Shown: positions 19,276 to 29,206 of the stretch, piece after piece
Numbering within the stretch: the stretch's first letter is position 1
How the letters are laid out: each line of letters starts with the position of its first letter
Source of the DNA: Myxococcales bacterium
GTDB taxonomy: Bacteria > Myxococcota > Myxococcia > Myxococcales > 40CM-4-68-19
Direction of reading: 5' to 3'
Assembly: GCA_038231075.1 (NCBI GenBank)
Contig: JBBRMA010000057.1
Location: 1-34,338 of the forward strand
DNA length: 34,338 bases
The notes under the pieces: generated by a model
The model's database searches: none
Seen by the model: the letters and a program-made list of their open reading frames with translations, nothing else
Told to the model about the DNA's origin: nothing
Translations under genes and position numbers: made by a program

Positions 19276-21279
19276 ATGCGCATTCAACTCCTGGCGGCCG
19301 CCGTTCTCGCCGCCGCTTGCGGAACGAACCCCAAGGCGCTCCCTCCGACGCCGCCTGGCACGCCCCTGCCGCCTCCTCCGGGCTGTCCCAGTGCGGCCTC
19401 TCCCGATTCGTCGCTCTACGCGGTGGTGCAGACAGCGGCTGACGGCGGCGTCGCCTGGTCGGTGCAGAACTTCGCCACCAGCGCGTCTGGAGCGACCACG
19501 ACGCCGCGGCGGACCTATGCGCTGCCAGCCGACATCGGGATCGTCGTTGGGTTCGCGGTGGCTCCGAACGGCGCGACGTATGTGACCGCCGCCAACAACA
19601 CGACCACGTTCATTGCCGGCTACTGCCCCGACGCGAGCGGCGCCGCGACGCCCTTCACGACCCTCACGCCCGCTGACAAGATCGAAGGTCCGCTGGCCTT
19701 CGACGGCGCGGGAAACCTCTATACCTCCGCCACCAACCAGGTCGACGAATACGCCCCGGACGCCGGCCCGTCGCCGGCCGCAGTCCGGTCCATCGTGGGG
19801 GCGGCCACGCAGCTGGTGGAGGGCGCGGGGCTCGCGGTAGACGCCACGGGAGCCATCTACGCCGGCAACGAGACGCAGGTCACCGTCTACGGCCCACAGG
19901 CGTCGGAGAACGCGGCACCGCAAGAGACCATCGGCAGCTCGGCGAGCGGCCTGCTGGAGGTGCTCGACACCACCGTCGACGCGTCGGGCAACGTCTACGT
20001 GCTCTACGGCGCGGACAATCGCGTCGCCACCGTCGCGGGGAAGGCGTTCGGCCTGCCGGCGATCGCGGTCTATGCGTCTTCTGGGGCCGCGCCGTCGCGG
20101 GTGATCACCGGGCCGGCCACGCAGCTCGGCCAATACTTCGCGCCGTCCATGCCGGAAGACTTCAACCAGGCCCACACCGGCCGGATGGCCATGGCCGTCG
20201 ACGGCGCGGGCAACATCTACGTCGAGTCTCGCGGGCTCCACGGGCAATCGCCAACGAGCAACCACACCGAGGGCGTCGAGATCGCCATCTTCGGACCGGC
20301 CGCGAACGGCAACGTGGCTCCGACGCGGACCATCGACGTCACCGCGCTCACGCAAGGACTCTACGGCCCCACGGCGTTGGCGGTCGACTCGCACGGCAAC
20401 GTCTACGCCGGCACCAGCGACGCAGACGGCATGCTCATCTTCGATTCGACGGGCGGCTTCTTGAAACACATCGACTCGAGCGCGACAGGCCTCGGCGTCG
20501 TGACCGGGATTGCCTTCGACAAGAACCAGAACGTGGTGGTGCAGTCGATCGTCTCGATCAGCGGCGTCGGCAAGACCGGGCTCTTCCTCTTTCCGAACGC
20601 GGGCGGCACGGGCGTGCCCACCAAGCAGATCGACAACAGCGCCGCCATCGGCAGCTTCGAGGCGATCGGCACGTATCGGCTGGTCATCGACTCCGCCGGC
20701 AACGCTTGGGAGGTCACCCAGCCCGGACCCGCCGGCGCCCCCAAGCTGGTTGAATTCTCGCTGAGCGGGACCAGCGGCGCGCCCATCGGCACCTTCGCGG
20801 ATCCGGAGCTGCGGTTCGAGTTTTCCCAGGGCCTTGGCATCGACGCACAGGACCGTCTCTACGTGGGGGCGCAGTTCCTCAGCCAGGTGCGGGTCTACGC
20901 GGCCGGCACGACCGGCACGGCGGCGGTGCCGACGATCATCTATTCAGACCTGGTCGCATCGACCTTGAACCCGGCGCTTGCCCTGGACGCCGCGGGCACG
21001 CTCTACGTGGCGAGCTGCGACAGCAATAGCTTCTCGGTCTTTCCCAAGGGCGCGACCACCGCCTCGAGATCGGTCATCGGTCCGAAGACGCTCTTGAACT
21101 GCCCGCACAGCATCGACGTCGACTCCAGCGGAAACGTCTACGTCGCCGATACGCTCGGCATCAGCGTCTTCGCGCCGGCCGCTTCCGGCAACGCCGTGCC
21201 GCTGCAGCGCTTCCTGCCGACGCGGCCCAGCCCGGACGCCGCGGGAGACTTCCCATTCGCCATCGCCGTCGCGCCTTGA
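19276..21279 (+). CDS. Lipoprotein with about six NHL-type beta-propeller repeats
   Basis: Signal plus lipobox (LLAAAVLAAAC). Recurring D-x-x-G-N-[VI]-Y-V motifs (DASGNVYV, DGAGNIYV, DSHGNVYAG, DSAGNAWEV, DAAGTLYVAS, DSSGNVYVAD). Confidence 0.8.
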   Translation: MRIQLLAAAVLAAACGTNPKALPPTPPGTPLPPPPGCPSAASPDSSLYAVVQTAADGGVAWSVQNFATSASGATTTPRRTYALPADIGIVVGFAVAPNGATYVTAANNTTTFIAGYCPDASGAATPFTTLTPADKIEGPLAFDGAGNLYTSATNQVDEYAPDAGPSPAAVRSIVGAATQLVEGAGLAVDATGAIYAGNETQVTVYGPQASENAAPQETIGSSASGLLEVLDTTVDASGNVYVLYGADNRVATVAGKAFGLPAIAVYASSGAAPSRVITGPATQLGQYFAPSMPEDFNQAHTGRMAMAVDGAGNIYVESRGLHGQSPTSNHTEGVEIAIFGPAANGNVAPTRTIDVTALTQGLYGPTALAVDSHGNVYAGTSDADGMLIFDSTGGFLKHIDSSATGLGVVTGIAFDKNQNVVVQSIVSISGVGKTGLFLFPNAGGTGVPTKQIDNSAAIGSFEAIGTYRLVIDSAGNAWEVTQPGPAGAPKLVEFSLSGTSGAPIGTFADPELRFEFSQGLGIDAQDRLYVGAQFLSQVRVYAAGTTGTAAVPTIIYSDLVASTLNPALALDAAGTLYVASCDSNSFSVFPKGATTASRSVIGPKTLLNCPHSIDVDSSGNVYVADTLGISVFAPAASGNAVPLQRFLPTRPSPDAAGDFPFAIAVAP

Positions 21280-21313
21280 CTCATTCGATGTTGTTGAGCT
21301 TCGCGACCTGCTC

Positions 21314-23518
21314 TCATTGAGTCGTGCTGCAGGTGATGCTGCGCTTGCGAAGCTCGACCGGCTTGGCGGTCGAAGCCCGCTTCGCGGGGATCACGCCTAC
21401 GAACTCAAACTTGTTCGAGTGCGTGTTCAAGTAATGTTCGAGCTGCGCGGGCGGCGTGCTCCTGGCGTCGAGCTTGATGTACGGCTTGTTGCCGACCTGG
21501 TAGGCGTAGACCACGAGCTCCACGCAATGCATCCCCTCGCTGGCGAGCGAGGCGAAGCCGGTGCTCTTCGCCAGGGTCTTGACGTCCACCTGCGGACCCG
21601 ATGCGCTCGCCGGCCTCCAGTGCAGCGCGAAGTCGCTGACGACCATCCCGCGCTTGGCGGCGCCGCTGTCGAAGGAGATGCCCCTGAACGCGCCCGCCAT
21701 GCAGTGCTGGAACGAGTAGGGCAGCGGGCCGAGCGAGGCGATCGCCTGGATGGCGTGTCCGGCCGCGCTCGCGGCGCCGCCATCCTTGGGCCGGTAGACG
21801 ACGTAGTCAAAGGAATCGAAGGGCACAATCTCCAAGGCGCCCTTCATCACATAGACGGGATTCCGGCTCAGGCCGAGGGGCCCCATCTCGGCCATCATGA
21901 TCGTGACATCCGGGCCATTGCGCTCGATTGAGTCGATGATACTGACGTGCGTGGCATACCGCGAGCCTAGCGTGGGGCAGTTGAAGTACTGCGCAGCGAG
22001 GATCGACTGCTGTACCTCGTTCGCGTCGTCGTAGAGGCGCTGGACGAGGATATCGCCGACCTTCAGATCCTTGAATCTCGCCTTCTTGGAAACCGCGCCG
22101 AACCAACGTCGCAGATCGTTCTGCGATTTGAGCGGCTTGTCGCTCAGCAGCTCGAGCGGCAGCTCCAGCGCCCTGCCGAGGGTCAGGAGCGGGTCGTCCC
22201 TGTCAGTGGCCGCCAGGAAATGGCCGAAGCGCTCGGGGCCGCCAAGCTCCAGGCGGAGCCGGTTCTCGCAGAGCAGCTTTCCGTCGAGCGACAGTGCCGA
22301 TTCGAGCTTGCGGATCGAGTCATAGAAAGGCTCGCCAGCGATGGCGCGCTGCTCCTCGAGGTTGCCAAACGCGGAGGAGATGAGGACGTCGTCGGGAAAG
22401 TCGCCGCCGACGCCGGTGAGCAGGCCGGCGAGCTGGTGCAGAGAGTGGGTCATCTCGTGGACCAGCAGGATCTGGATGGTCGAGGGCACGAGCTGGCCGC
22501 CGTCTTTCTTCGAGAACACCATCTCGGGGATCTGCCCGTTCAGGTAGTTCATCTGCACCGGAATGAACGAGGCGCTGCCCTTGCCAGGGAACACCCGGGA
22601 GGTCTTTTGTTGGGGCCGCTTGTCGATCAGCGAGGCCATTGCGTTCGACCGGGTCTCGGCTGTTGCCACCAAGCCTGAGCAGAGGTTGTTCTCCATCAGC
22701 CCCATCTTCTTCGACAACGACATCAGATCCGGCGGCAGCGAGTCGCAAGGCTGCACGCCATAGATGACGACCGGCTTGCCCGTGATTGAGCTGGCCTTGT
22801 AAAGCGCGCTCATCAACTGGCCACCCGTCCTGGTCAGGGCGAGGCGTCCCAGCACCTGAAGCATCTTGGTCTTGAAGGACGGGTCGACCTTGATTACGTA
22901 CGGCAGCACCTTGACCTTCTTTTGCTCCAGGTAGAGGTGGGCGGGGCCTGAGTCTTCGAACCCCTCGATCAGCGTCTTCCCCATCGAGACGCAGGACGGG
23001 CAGTACGACGCCTGTCGCATCTCGGGGATCGAACCGAACACCAGCAGGCGCTTCTCTTGAACCAACCGCTCGTAGGCGTGCCTCGGGAACAGGCTGTGCT
23101 CGAACTCGAGCACCCAGGTCGACCGATCGTCGGCGGCGTAGTTGTCGAGGATGAAGCGCTGTAGCTTCTTGACCGAATCAGTCTTGCCGAGCTGCTGCGC
23201 CGTGATGCCGGTCAGCGCGAGCGCGGCCCAGACCTGCTTCATCTGCGTGACCGTAAAGTGTTGCTTCAGCTCGACGTGCGGCAAGGCCATGAGCTGGGTG
23301 AGGTTCCGGTCGATGCTTTCGATCGAGCTGAAGACCGTGGGCTTCTTGACCAGCACGCCGAGGTTTGAATCAGCCCCGGCCTCGAGCGCCTTCTCGACGG
23401 CGGAGGCCGAGGTGATCAGCGCCTGCGCCAGCTCCTTGACCTGGGCGTGGGCACGACCGGCGAAGGACAGCCAGCAGACGCCTGCGAGGACCGCCGCGCT
23501 CCGTTGAATCCGGGTCAT
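21314..23518 (-). CDS. Secreted putative zinc metallopeptidase (HEXXH) of 734 aa. Lower GC than surrounding genes
   Basis: Signal peptide MTRIQRSAAVLAGVCWLSFAGRAHA. LLVHEMTHSLHQL carries HEMTH. ATG 23518. Confidence 0.65.
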   Translation of the reverse strand: MTRIQRSAAVLAGVCWLSFAGRAHAQVKELAQALITSASAVEKALEAGADSNLGVLVKKPTVFSSIESIDRNLTQLMALPHVELKQHFTVTQMKQVWAALALTGITAQQLGKTDSVKKLQRFILDNYAADDRSTWVLEFEHSLFPRHAYERLVQEKRLLVFGSIPEMRQASYCPSCVSMGKTLIEGFEDSGPAHLYLEQKKVKVLPYVIKVDPSFKTKMLQVLGRLALTRTGGQLMSALYKASSITGKPVVIYGVQPCDSLPPDLMSLSKKMGLMENNLCSGLVATAETRSNAMASLIDKRPQQKTSRVFPGKGSASFIPVQMNYLNGQIPEMVFSKKDGGQLVPSTIQILLVHEMTHSLHQLAGLLTGVGGDFPDDVLISSAFGNLEEQRAIAGEPFYDSIRKLESALSLDGKLLCENRLRLELGGPERFGHFLAATDRDDPLLTLGRALELPLELLSDKPLKSQNDLRRWFGAVSKKARFKDLKVGDILVQRLYDDANEVQQSILAAQYFNCPTLGSRYATHVSIIDSIERNGPDVTIMMAEMGPLGLSRNPVYVMKGALEIVPFDSFDYVVYRPKDGGAASAAGHAIQAIASLGPLPYSFQHCMAGAFRGISFDSGAAKRGMVVSDFALHWRPASASGPQVDVKTLAKSTGFASLASEGMHCVELVVYAYQVGNKPYIKLDARSTPPAQLEHYLNTHSNKFEFVGVIPAKRASTAKPVELRKRSITCSTTQ

Positions 23519-23704
23519 CTTGCTCCAATCCAGCGCATGGCTTTGGCGCGCTCGTTCACCACTGCAGCGCTCCAAAGCGCCGCCGCAGGGCAAGTTGCAC
23601 GCTCGATGCGGTGTGCTTCTTTCATCGTCCACCGATCAGGACATGTCAACTTCGCGGGGTTGCCAAGTCGCATCCCGCTCCCACAGAGCCGTAGTCGGGA
23701 TCAA

Positions 23705-23730
23705 CTGACCTGGCCCACGGGCCAGGTCAG
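23705..23730. promoter_or_regulatory. Near-perfect palindrome ctgacctggcc-cacg-ggccaggtcag (11-bp arms) in the upstream region of the metalloprotease gene
   Basis: Read directly. It lies ~185 bp upstream of the 21314..23518 start and ~160 nt 3' of the 23893.. gene. It is not followed by a T-tract. Confidence 0.3.
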
Positions 23731-23892
23731 ATCACTCGGCCGCCCCCGCAATGATAGCTCGCCTCATTGAATGCTCCTCGCCGATCGGACACCGGCGCAA
23801 GTCTGGGTTTGGTCGAAGGACGAACTGCGCAAGCCGTCTCGCTCCCTGCCCAGGCCTGGCATCACAATCCTCACCGAGCGCGTCGCCGACGA

Positions 23893-26205
23893 CTACTCCT
23901 CGACGACGAGGTCGACCGGCTCTCCGGGCTTGGAGAAGTCGAAGTTGAAGTCAGTGGCCTGGCCCTGGCTATTCGGGATCTCGCGGCCGCTCTGGTAGAG
24001 CTTGAACGACTTGGGTGCCTGCGGCCACGCTTCGCGCACCGCATCGTAGAAGATGTTGTTCCGGATCGGTCCCAGCGGCAGCTTCAGGTTGCGAAGGTCG
24101 ATGACCGCCTCCCCCATCTTCTTCAGCCGGATATGCGCCGGCACGTTGCTGACCCAGAACCGCAGCTTGGTGAGGAGCACGTCCGGCGGCTCGAGGCCGG
24201 GCGAAAACCGCTCGACGTCGGCGAGATCAGAGTGGCTGGAGAAAGGGCCGCCGAAGGTACCGAACTGCGGCATCGCGCGGAAGGCCTGCGCGCGCAGCTC
24301 GAGCTTGTCGGTGAGCACAAACGTACGCATCGCCATCTGGTGCGGCGGCTTGTGGACCTTCTCGTCCTCCGGAGCCAGTGGATAGCGCAGGTGCTGTCCG
24401 AGAAAGGTCGCGTTCTTGTCGACCGCCTGGATATAGGCGCGCTCGACCATGTCCTGGTATTGCATGTTGAACGCTACCCACTGGAAGTCACGCCGGCGCG
24501 TGACCCAGAACTCGTGCGCCAGCGGCGCGAGCACCTCGTAGCTGGCTGGCGTCGCGGAGTAGATGAGGATGAAGCCGGCCTTGGTCTTCCGCGTGCCGAG
24601 CGAGCCGAACTTTTGCAGGCTGCGGGCCAGGATGACGTCCACCTTTCCCGCCGACATCTCCGCGGCGAGGCCATTGACGAGCGCGGTGGTCGAGTTGGTG
24701 AAGTCCTTGTCGAGGTGCTGGATGTCCTTGAAGTCCACCAGCGTGTCATCGACGATGAGCACCGTCTTCGGGTGCTTGGCGGCCGAGCCCTTCACCGCCT
24801 TGATGATCGCGGCCGACTTCTGCAGATCGTACTTGAACTCTGTGGCGAGACCGGTGGCATAAATAGGCACGTCGGTTTGAGGGCCCACCTTGAAGCGCGC
24901 CTCGAAGTACATGCCCGGGTACATATTGAGCACGGGATTTCCAAGCGGCATCATGTTCGCGGGGAACGACGAATTGCCGAGCACTTTTGTGCCGGTCACG
25001 TGGTGCGCGCCGAGCGCCGCCGTCGCGAATCCGTCCATGCCACTCTGGGTCGGATAGGCCACGATCTGCACCTTGTTGGGCGCCGCGATGCGCGCGGCGC
25101 CCAGCTGCGCCGCGACTCTCTGGAAGTCCTCGAGACTCGGATACCGGTCGTGATTGCCGAGATAGACGAAGAGCAAGTCCTGGAAATGCTCGTAGGTCTG
25201 TCCGAGCTCGTCGAATTTCGCCACGTCTTTGTCGTAGTCGCGGATGGACTCCATATATTGCGCGGCTTGGTGCAGATAGAAGAGCAGCGAGGAATTGAGC
25301 TGATCCTGCACGAACGCGAGCTTGCCGTCGCCGAGCACCGAGAGGAGGGCATTGGCCACCACATGGTGGAGCACGTGCGGTTGCTTCTGCAAGGCCGCCG
25401 CGTCCCTCTTCAGCAACTCGACCAACGCGGCGACCTGCTTCTTGTCCGCGATCCCGAAGATCTTGTGGGTGCGCTCCTTGCGCTTCAATTGTAGGAAGTC
25501 CTCCAGGCGCACGAGCTGCATCTCGCTGGGGAAGAGATCGAGCTTCTTCAGATCGCACGCCTCGGTGAAGGCAAACCACTCGTCGCGGAGCTTGACCACG
25601 TCGGCGTTCTTGTTCTGGTCGGGGAATTCCTGCGGGCCCATCGCCCACGTCTCATCGTTGAGCGGGACGAACTTCAGGTGGAAGCCCTGCTTGGTTGCCC
25701 CGTTGCCCGGATTCAGGCCGCAATACAGCGCGAGCTTCTGCACCCCCGCCACGTGCGAGTTCACCACTTCGAAAGTCTTCTCCTGCAAGTCAATGTGCGA
25801 CCGCGCCAGGACGGCGTCGTGGATCTTCTCGTCGCGCGTTCGGATCGCCACCGCCTCACGGTCGTAGTGGAACTCGCGCTTGGGCCTGAAGCCGGCCTCT
25901 TCCACGCGGTCGGCCGAGAAGGTGTGCAGGCCGGTCGGGCATTGGTCGAGACAGGGACCGGAGCGGATGAGCAGGTCGTCGGTCAGGACCTCGCCCCCAA
26001 GGTTCTGCAGAGTGCGGAGCAGGTCGCCGTAGTATTGCGACCGCTCCGCCGGGTTCATGTCCTTCAAATCCTTGGCCGCGGCGGCCGACGCCCAGAGGGA
26101 CAGTGCACCGAGGGCGACCGCGAACCACGCCGGCCACCGGAAGCGCGCAATCCGGAGCGTTTGGCTGCGGCTGGATTCAGGAGCGCGATGAGCCGCCACC
26201 GTCAT
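23893..26205 (-). CDS. Secreted hypothetical protein (770 aa). The C-terminal half has weak motifs reminiscent of fold-type-I PLP-dependent enzymes. Lower GC
   Basis: ATG 26205 with AAGAGG 8 nt upstream. Signal peptide ...WPAWFAVALGALSLWASAAAAKD. Motifs SGMDGFATAAL, LIVDDTLV and SLQKFGSLGTRK are suggestive only. Confidence 0.6.
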   Translation of the reverse strand: MTVAAHRAPESSRSQTLRIARFRWPAWFAVALGALSLWASAAAAKDLKDMNPAERSQYYGDLLRTLQNLGGEVLTDDLLIRSGPCLDQCPTGLHTFSADRVEEAGFRPKREFHYDREAVAIRTRDEKIHDAVLARSHIDLQEKTFEVVNSHVAGVQKLALYCGLNPGNGATKQGFHLKFVPLNDETWAMGPQEFPDQNKNADVVKLRDEWFAFTEACDLKKLDLFPSEMQLVRLEDFLQLKRKERTHKIFGIADKKQVAALVELLKRDAAALQKQPHVLHHVVANALLSVLGDGKLAFVQDQLNSSLLFYLHQAAQYMESIRDYDKDVAKFDELGQTYEHFQDLLFVYLGNHDRYPSLEDFQRVAAQLGAARIAAPNKVQIVAYPTQSGMDGFATAALGAHHVTGTKVLGNSSFPANMMPLGNPVLNMYPGMYFEARFKVGPQTDVPIYATGLATEFKYDLQKSAAIIKAVKGSAAKHPKTVLIVDDTLVDFKDIQHLDKDFTNSTTALVNGLAAEMSAGKVDVILARSLQKFGSLGTRKTKAGFILIYSATPASYEVLAPLAHEFWVTRRRDFQWVAFNMQYQDMVERAYIQAVDKNATFLGQHLRYPLAPEDEKVHKPPHQMAMRTFVLTDKLELRAQAFRAMPQFGTFGGPFSSHSDLADVERFSPGLEPPDVLLTKLRFWVSNVPAHIRLKKMGEAVIDLRNLKLPLGPIRNNIFYDAVREAWPQAPKSFKLYQSGREIPNSQGQATDFNFDFSKPGEPVDLVVEE

Positions 26206-26914
26206 TAAAAACCTCTTGGTAAGGGTCGGTGCATCCTCGCCTCGAATGCCTGCGTCGAGCAACCATTGGTTTTCGCGGGAGTCCCACGTCCGCGACGATG
26301 GGCTCGGTTCATGGCCCTGGCTAGACCTGACAACCCAGCTTGGGATCGCTGCAATCAAACGGCAGCGGACATCCGCGGCAGAGACTGCTGAACGTGGCGC
26401 AGCGCTTCGGCGCCGGTACCCGCTAGCGTTGGATGGTCGAGCAGAGCTGCTCGGTGAGCCGATGAAACGTGAGGGCCCAAGGGCGTTCTTGCGCACCAGC
26501 CGCCACGCGACGTCAGCTCCGACGGCTCGCCGGATATCGTCCAACGAGACGAGCAGCCCGCCAGAAGAACCACCTCCCGACGTGAGAGTGCCGCGTTGTA
26601 GCTGCGTGCGGCATTTTCCGCAGACTTCGCGGTTTTTAATGCCTGAGTCTACAAAGGCTCACCGCGCCTCGTCACTTATGGTCCCGACGACCATTCGATC
26701 ATTCCCTCCCGCGACATGGTGGTGGTGCACAATTGGGACAGCCGGATGCGAAAGGCGGTGCAGATGTTCTTGCGTCGCTGAGCGCCTTCCTGCACGCGCC
26801 GCAGACTCAGTGCTGAATTTGGTGGAGCCGAGAGACCTTCAGGCGACGTTCGGCGATCGATCGGACTCGCTTTCCTCTCCCGGCGGAATGACGAGACGGG
26901 GCCAGTCCAAAAGG

Positions 26915-28495
26915 TTAGTCCTTGGCTGCCTTCCCCTTCTCCGTCTTGCGGAACGCGTCGAGCACGCCCATCACTTGCGCCACCAGCGAGCCGAGCGCGT
27001 GCGCCTCGTGCGAGGCCCCGTCGCCGATGGTGATGGCGCGCAGCTCGCCCGGCTTGGGCAGCTCGCGGGCGATCTCGGGGAGCCGCTGGATGAGGTCGGC
27101 CTGCAGCCGCGCCGCGGAGAGCTCGTTCTGCAATTTGTGCCGCGTTCCCTCGAATCCCAGCTCGACCTCGGCCTGCCGGTTCTGCGCCAGGAGCTGCCGG
27201 CCCTCGCGCTCGAGGCGGGCCGCGAGCGCCGCCGCCTCGAGCTTCTGCTCCTCGTCGGCGCGCAGCCGCTGCAGCTCCGCCTCCGCCTCGCGCTTGATCT
27301 TCTCCAGCGCCGCCGCCGCCCGCGCCACTTCGGCTTTGCGCTCGCCCTGGGCCAGCTCCAGCTCGAAGCCCTTGAGCAGCTCACGGTGGCTGGCCTCCTG
27401 CCGCGCCTCTGCCACGCGGCGCGCGTGATCGATCGCGGCCTCCTCCAGCACCCGCCCCGCCTCCTGCGAGAGCCTCCGCGTCTCGTGCTGGCCGGCCGCG
27501 ATGCGCCTGGCCACCTCTTCCTCGGTCTGGCTGCGCCGCGCCGTCTCTCGACGCTCGCGGTCGAAGGCCTGCGCCTCCTCGGCGGAGCGCAGCGCCGACA
27601 GCTCGCTCTCGGTGGCCAGCCGCGCCGTCTGCCGCGTCTTCTCGTGCTCCAGCTCGCGACCCTCGATCACGCTCTGCGCCGCCAGCGCCGCCAGCCGCGC
27701 CACCCGTTCGCGCTCGGCGCGGAAGGGCTTCTGCAAGTTCTCCCAGAGCTGCGGCGAGCAGACCACCGCCTCCTTGACCTGCACGGTGACGATGCGCAGC
27801 CCCAGCCCCTTGTCGGTCGCCTCGCCGCCGCCCTCGGCCACCTGGCGCAGCCGCGCGGTCAGCTCCTGGATGATGGGCTGCTTGTCGCTGAGCACGTCGT
27901 CGATGCTCATGGTGGCGACCTTGTCCTTGATGGCCGCCTCCGCCTGCTCGCGCAGCTGGAGGTTCACCACCCGCATCGGGTCGGTCAGATCGGTGAAGTC
28001 GAGCTTGCGGTAGGCGGTGCCGAAGTCGGCGATGATCCACTGCACATAGCCCTGCACCACCAGGCCCTGGAGCTCGCGGCAGATGCAATTGGCGTTGATG
28101 AGGATGGTCTGCATCGCCGCCGGCACGACCAGGAACGAGTCGACGTTGGGGTCGAAGCGGAAGGAGGTGCCGAGGCCGAGGTGAAGCGGCTCGGGCCGCC
28201 CGCGCCGGGTGTGCACCACGTAGGCATTGGGCGGGACGATGACCGTCTTCCACTTCCAGAACCCGGTGATGCGCACGTCGACCGCCGGCACGCTTCGCTC
28301 CGGCTCCCAGGCCCGCGCAGAGGAGAGGCCGGTTACCGTCTGCGCTATCTGCGCCGTCATCGCCGGAGAGCTGGCCACTCCGCGGGCCATCTCGTCGAGC
28401 GGGCGGGCCGGCCGCTTGGCCCGCAGATCGACTTCGAGCTGCTGTTGCTCCTGCTTCACCTGCTCGAGGTAGGCGTTCTTCATTGGTGGCTCCAT
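26915..28495 (-). CDS. SPFH/band-7 flotillin-like protein with a long Glu/Ala/Arg-rich coiled-coil
   Basis: N-terminal SPFH region (GFWKWKTVIVPPNAYVVHTRRG...), followed by extended EA-rich heptad-like repeats. Confidence 0.75.
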   Translation of the reverse strand: MEPPMKNAYLEQVKQEQQQLEVDLRAKRPARPLDEMARGVASSPAMTAQIAQTVTGLSSARAWEPERSVPAVDVRITGFWKWKTVIVPPNAYVVHTRRGRPEPLHLGLGTSFRFDPNVDSFLVVPAAMQTILINANCICRELQGLVVQGYVQWIIADFGTAYRKLDFTDLTDPMRVVNLQLREQAEAAIKDKVATMSIDDVLSDKQPIIQELTARLRQVAEGGGEATDKGLGLRIVTVQVKEAVVCSPQLWENLQKPFRAERERVARLAALAAQSVIEGRELEHEKTRQTARLATESELSALRSAEEAQAFDRERRETARRSQTEEEVARRIAAGQHETRRLSQEAGRVLEEAAIDHARRVAEARQEASHRELLKGFELELAQGERKAEVARAAAALEKIKREAEAELQRLRADEEQKLEAAALAARLEREGRQLLAQNRQAEVELGFEGTRHKLQNELSAARLQADLIQRLPEIARELPKPGELRAITIGDGASHEAHALGSLVAQVMGVLDAFRKTEKGKAAKD

Positions 28496-28510
28496 CAGCC
28501 GACTCTACCC

Positions 28511-29056
28511 TTACGCGGCGCGGACCTGCTCCAGCACCTGCCGGTATTCGTCGATGAGCGCATGCCGCTGCAGCGGCTCGAGAGCGGCCGAGAGCGCATC
28601 GAAGCGCGCGAGCTGCGCCTCCTTGCCTCGCTTGAACATGGCCCACGGGTCGCCGTGGTCTCTCTTGCAGACCAGGATCGAGAGGAAGTTGTCGATCTTG
28701 TCCGCCAGCGTGATCGCCTGCGCCTCCCACGACTTGACCGCGAAGTGCTCGAGATAGGCCCGCTTTCGCTCCTCCCAGCTTAAGCTCTTGTCTTCCTCGC
28801 TGACGTCGCGGACCAGGCTCGCCACCTCCTCGCCGAAGCGGTCGACCAGGTCCTGGTGGCTGACGCCGCAGTCCTCGACGCAGTCGTGCAGCGCGCCGGC
28901 GGCGACCACCGCTTCCGCGAAGCCGTGCCGCGCGAGCACCGCCGCGACTCCGGCGAGGTGGCTCATATAAGGAACTTCGACCTTGGGATATTTGCGCAGC
29001 TGGCTGCGGTGCCAAACGGCAGCCTGATCGAGCGCCCGCTTGAGGAGAATGCCCAT
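28511..29056 (-). CDS. HD-domain (p)ppGpp hydrolase-like protein of the small alarmone hydrolase / SpoT-HD type (181 aa)
   Basis: MGILLKRALDQAAVWHRSQLRKYPKVEVPYMSHLAGVAAVL...AGALHDCVEDCG...FGEEVASLVRDVSE matches the RelA/SpoT HD domain signature (His...HD). ATG 29056. The longer track ORF is an artefact. Confidence 0.7.
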   Translation of the reverse strand: MGILLKRALDQAAVWHRSQLRKYPKVEVPYMSHLAGVAAVLARHGFAEAVVAAGALHDCVEDCGVSHQDLVDRFGEEVASLVRDVSEEDKSLSWEERKRAYLEHFAVKSWEAQAITLADKIDNFLSILVCKRDHGDPWAMFKRGKEAQLARFDALSAALEPLQRHALIDEYRQVLEQVRAA

Positions 29057-29206
29057 CGCGAAATCATAGCGCGTAGGCTGATGGGCAGCGAGATTGAAGC
29101 AAGAGCCGCGGGCGGTCGCTGCCCCTCCGCTCCACCTTTCTGATGAATGTCCCCGCGCGCACGCCCCGCCTTTGGGCGCACGCGAGGGAGGCTGTAGTAT
29201 GTAGAA

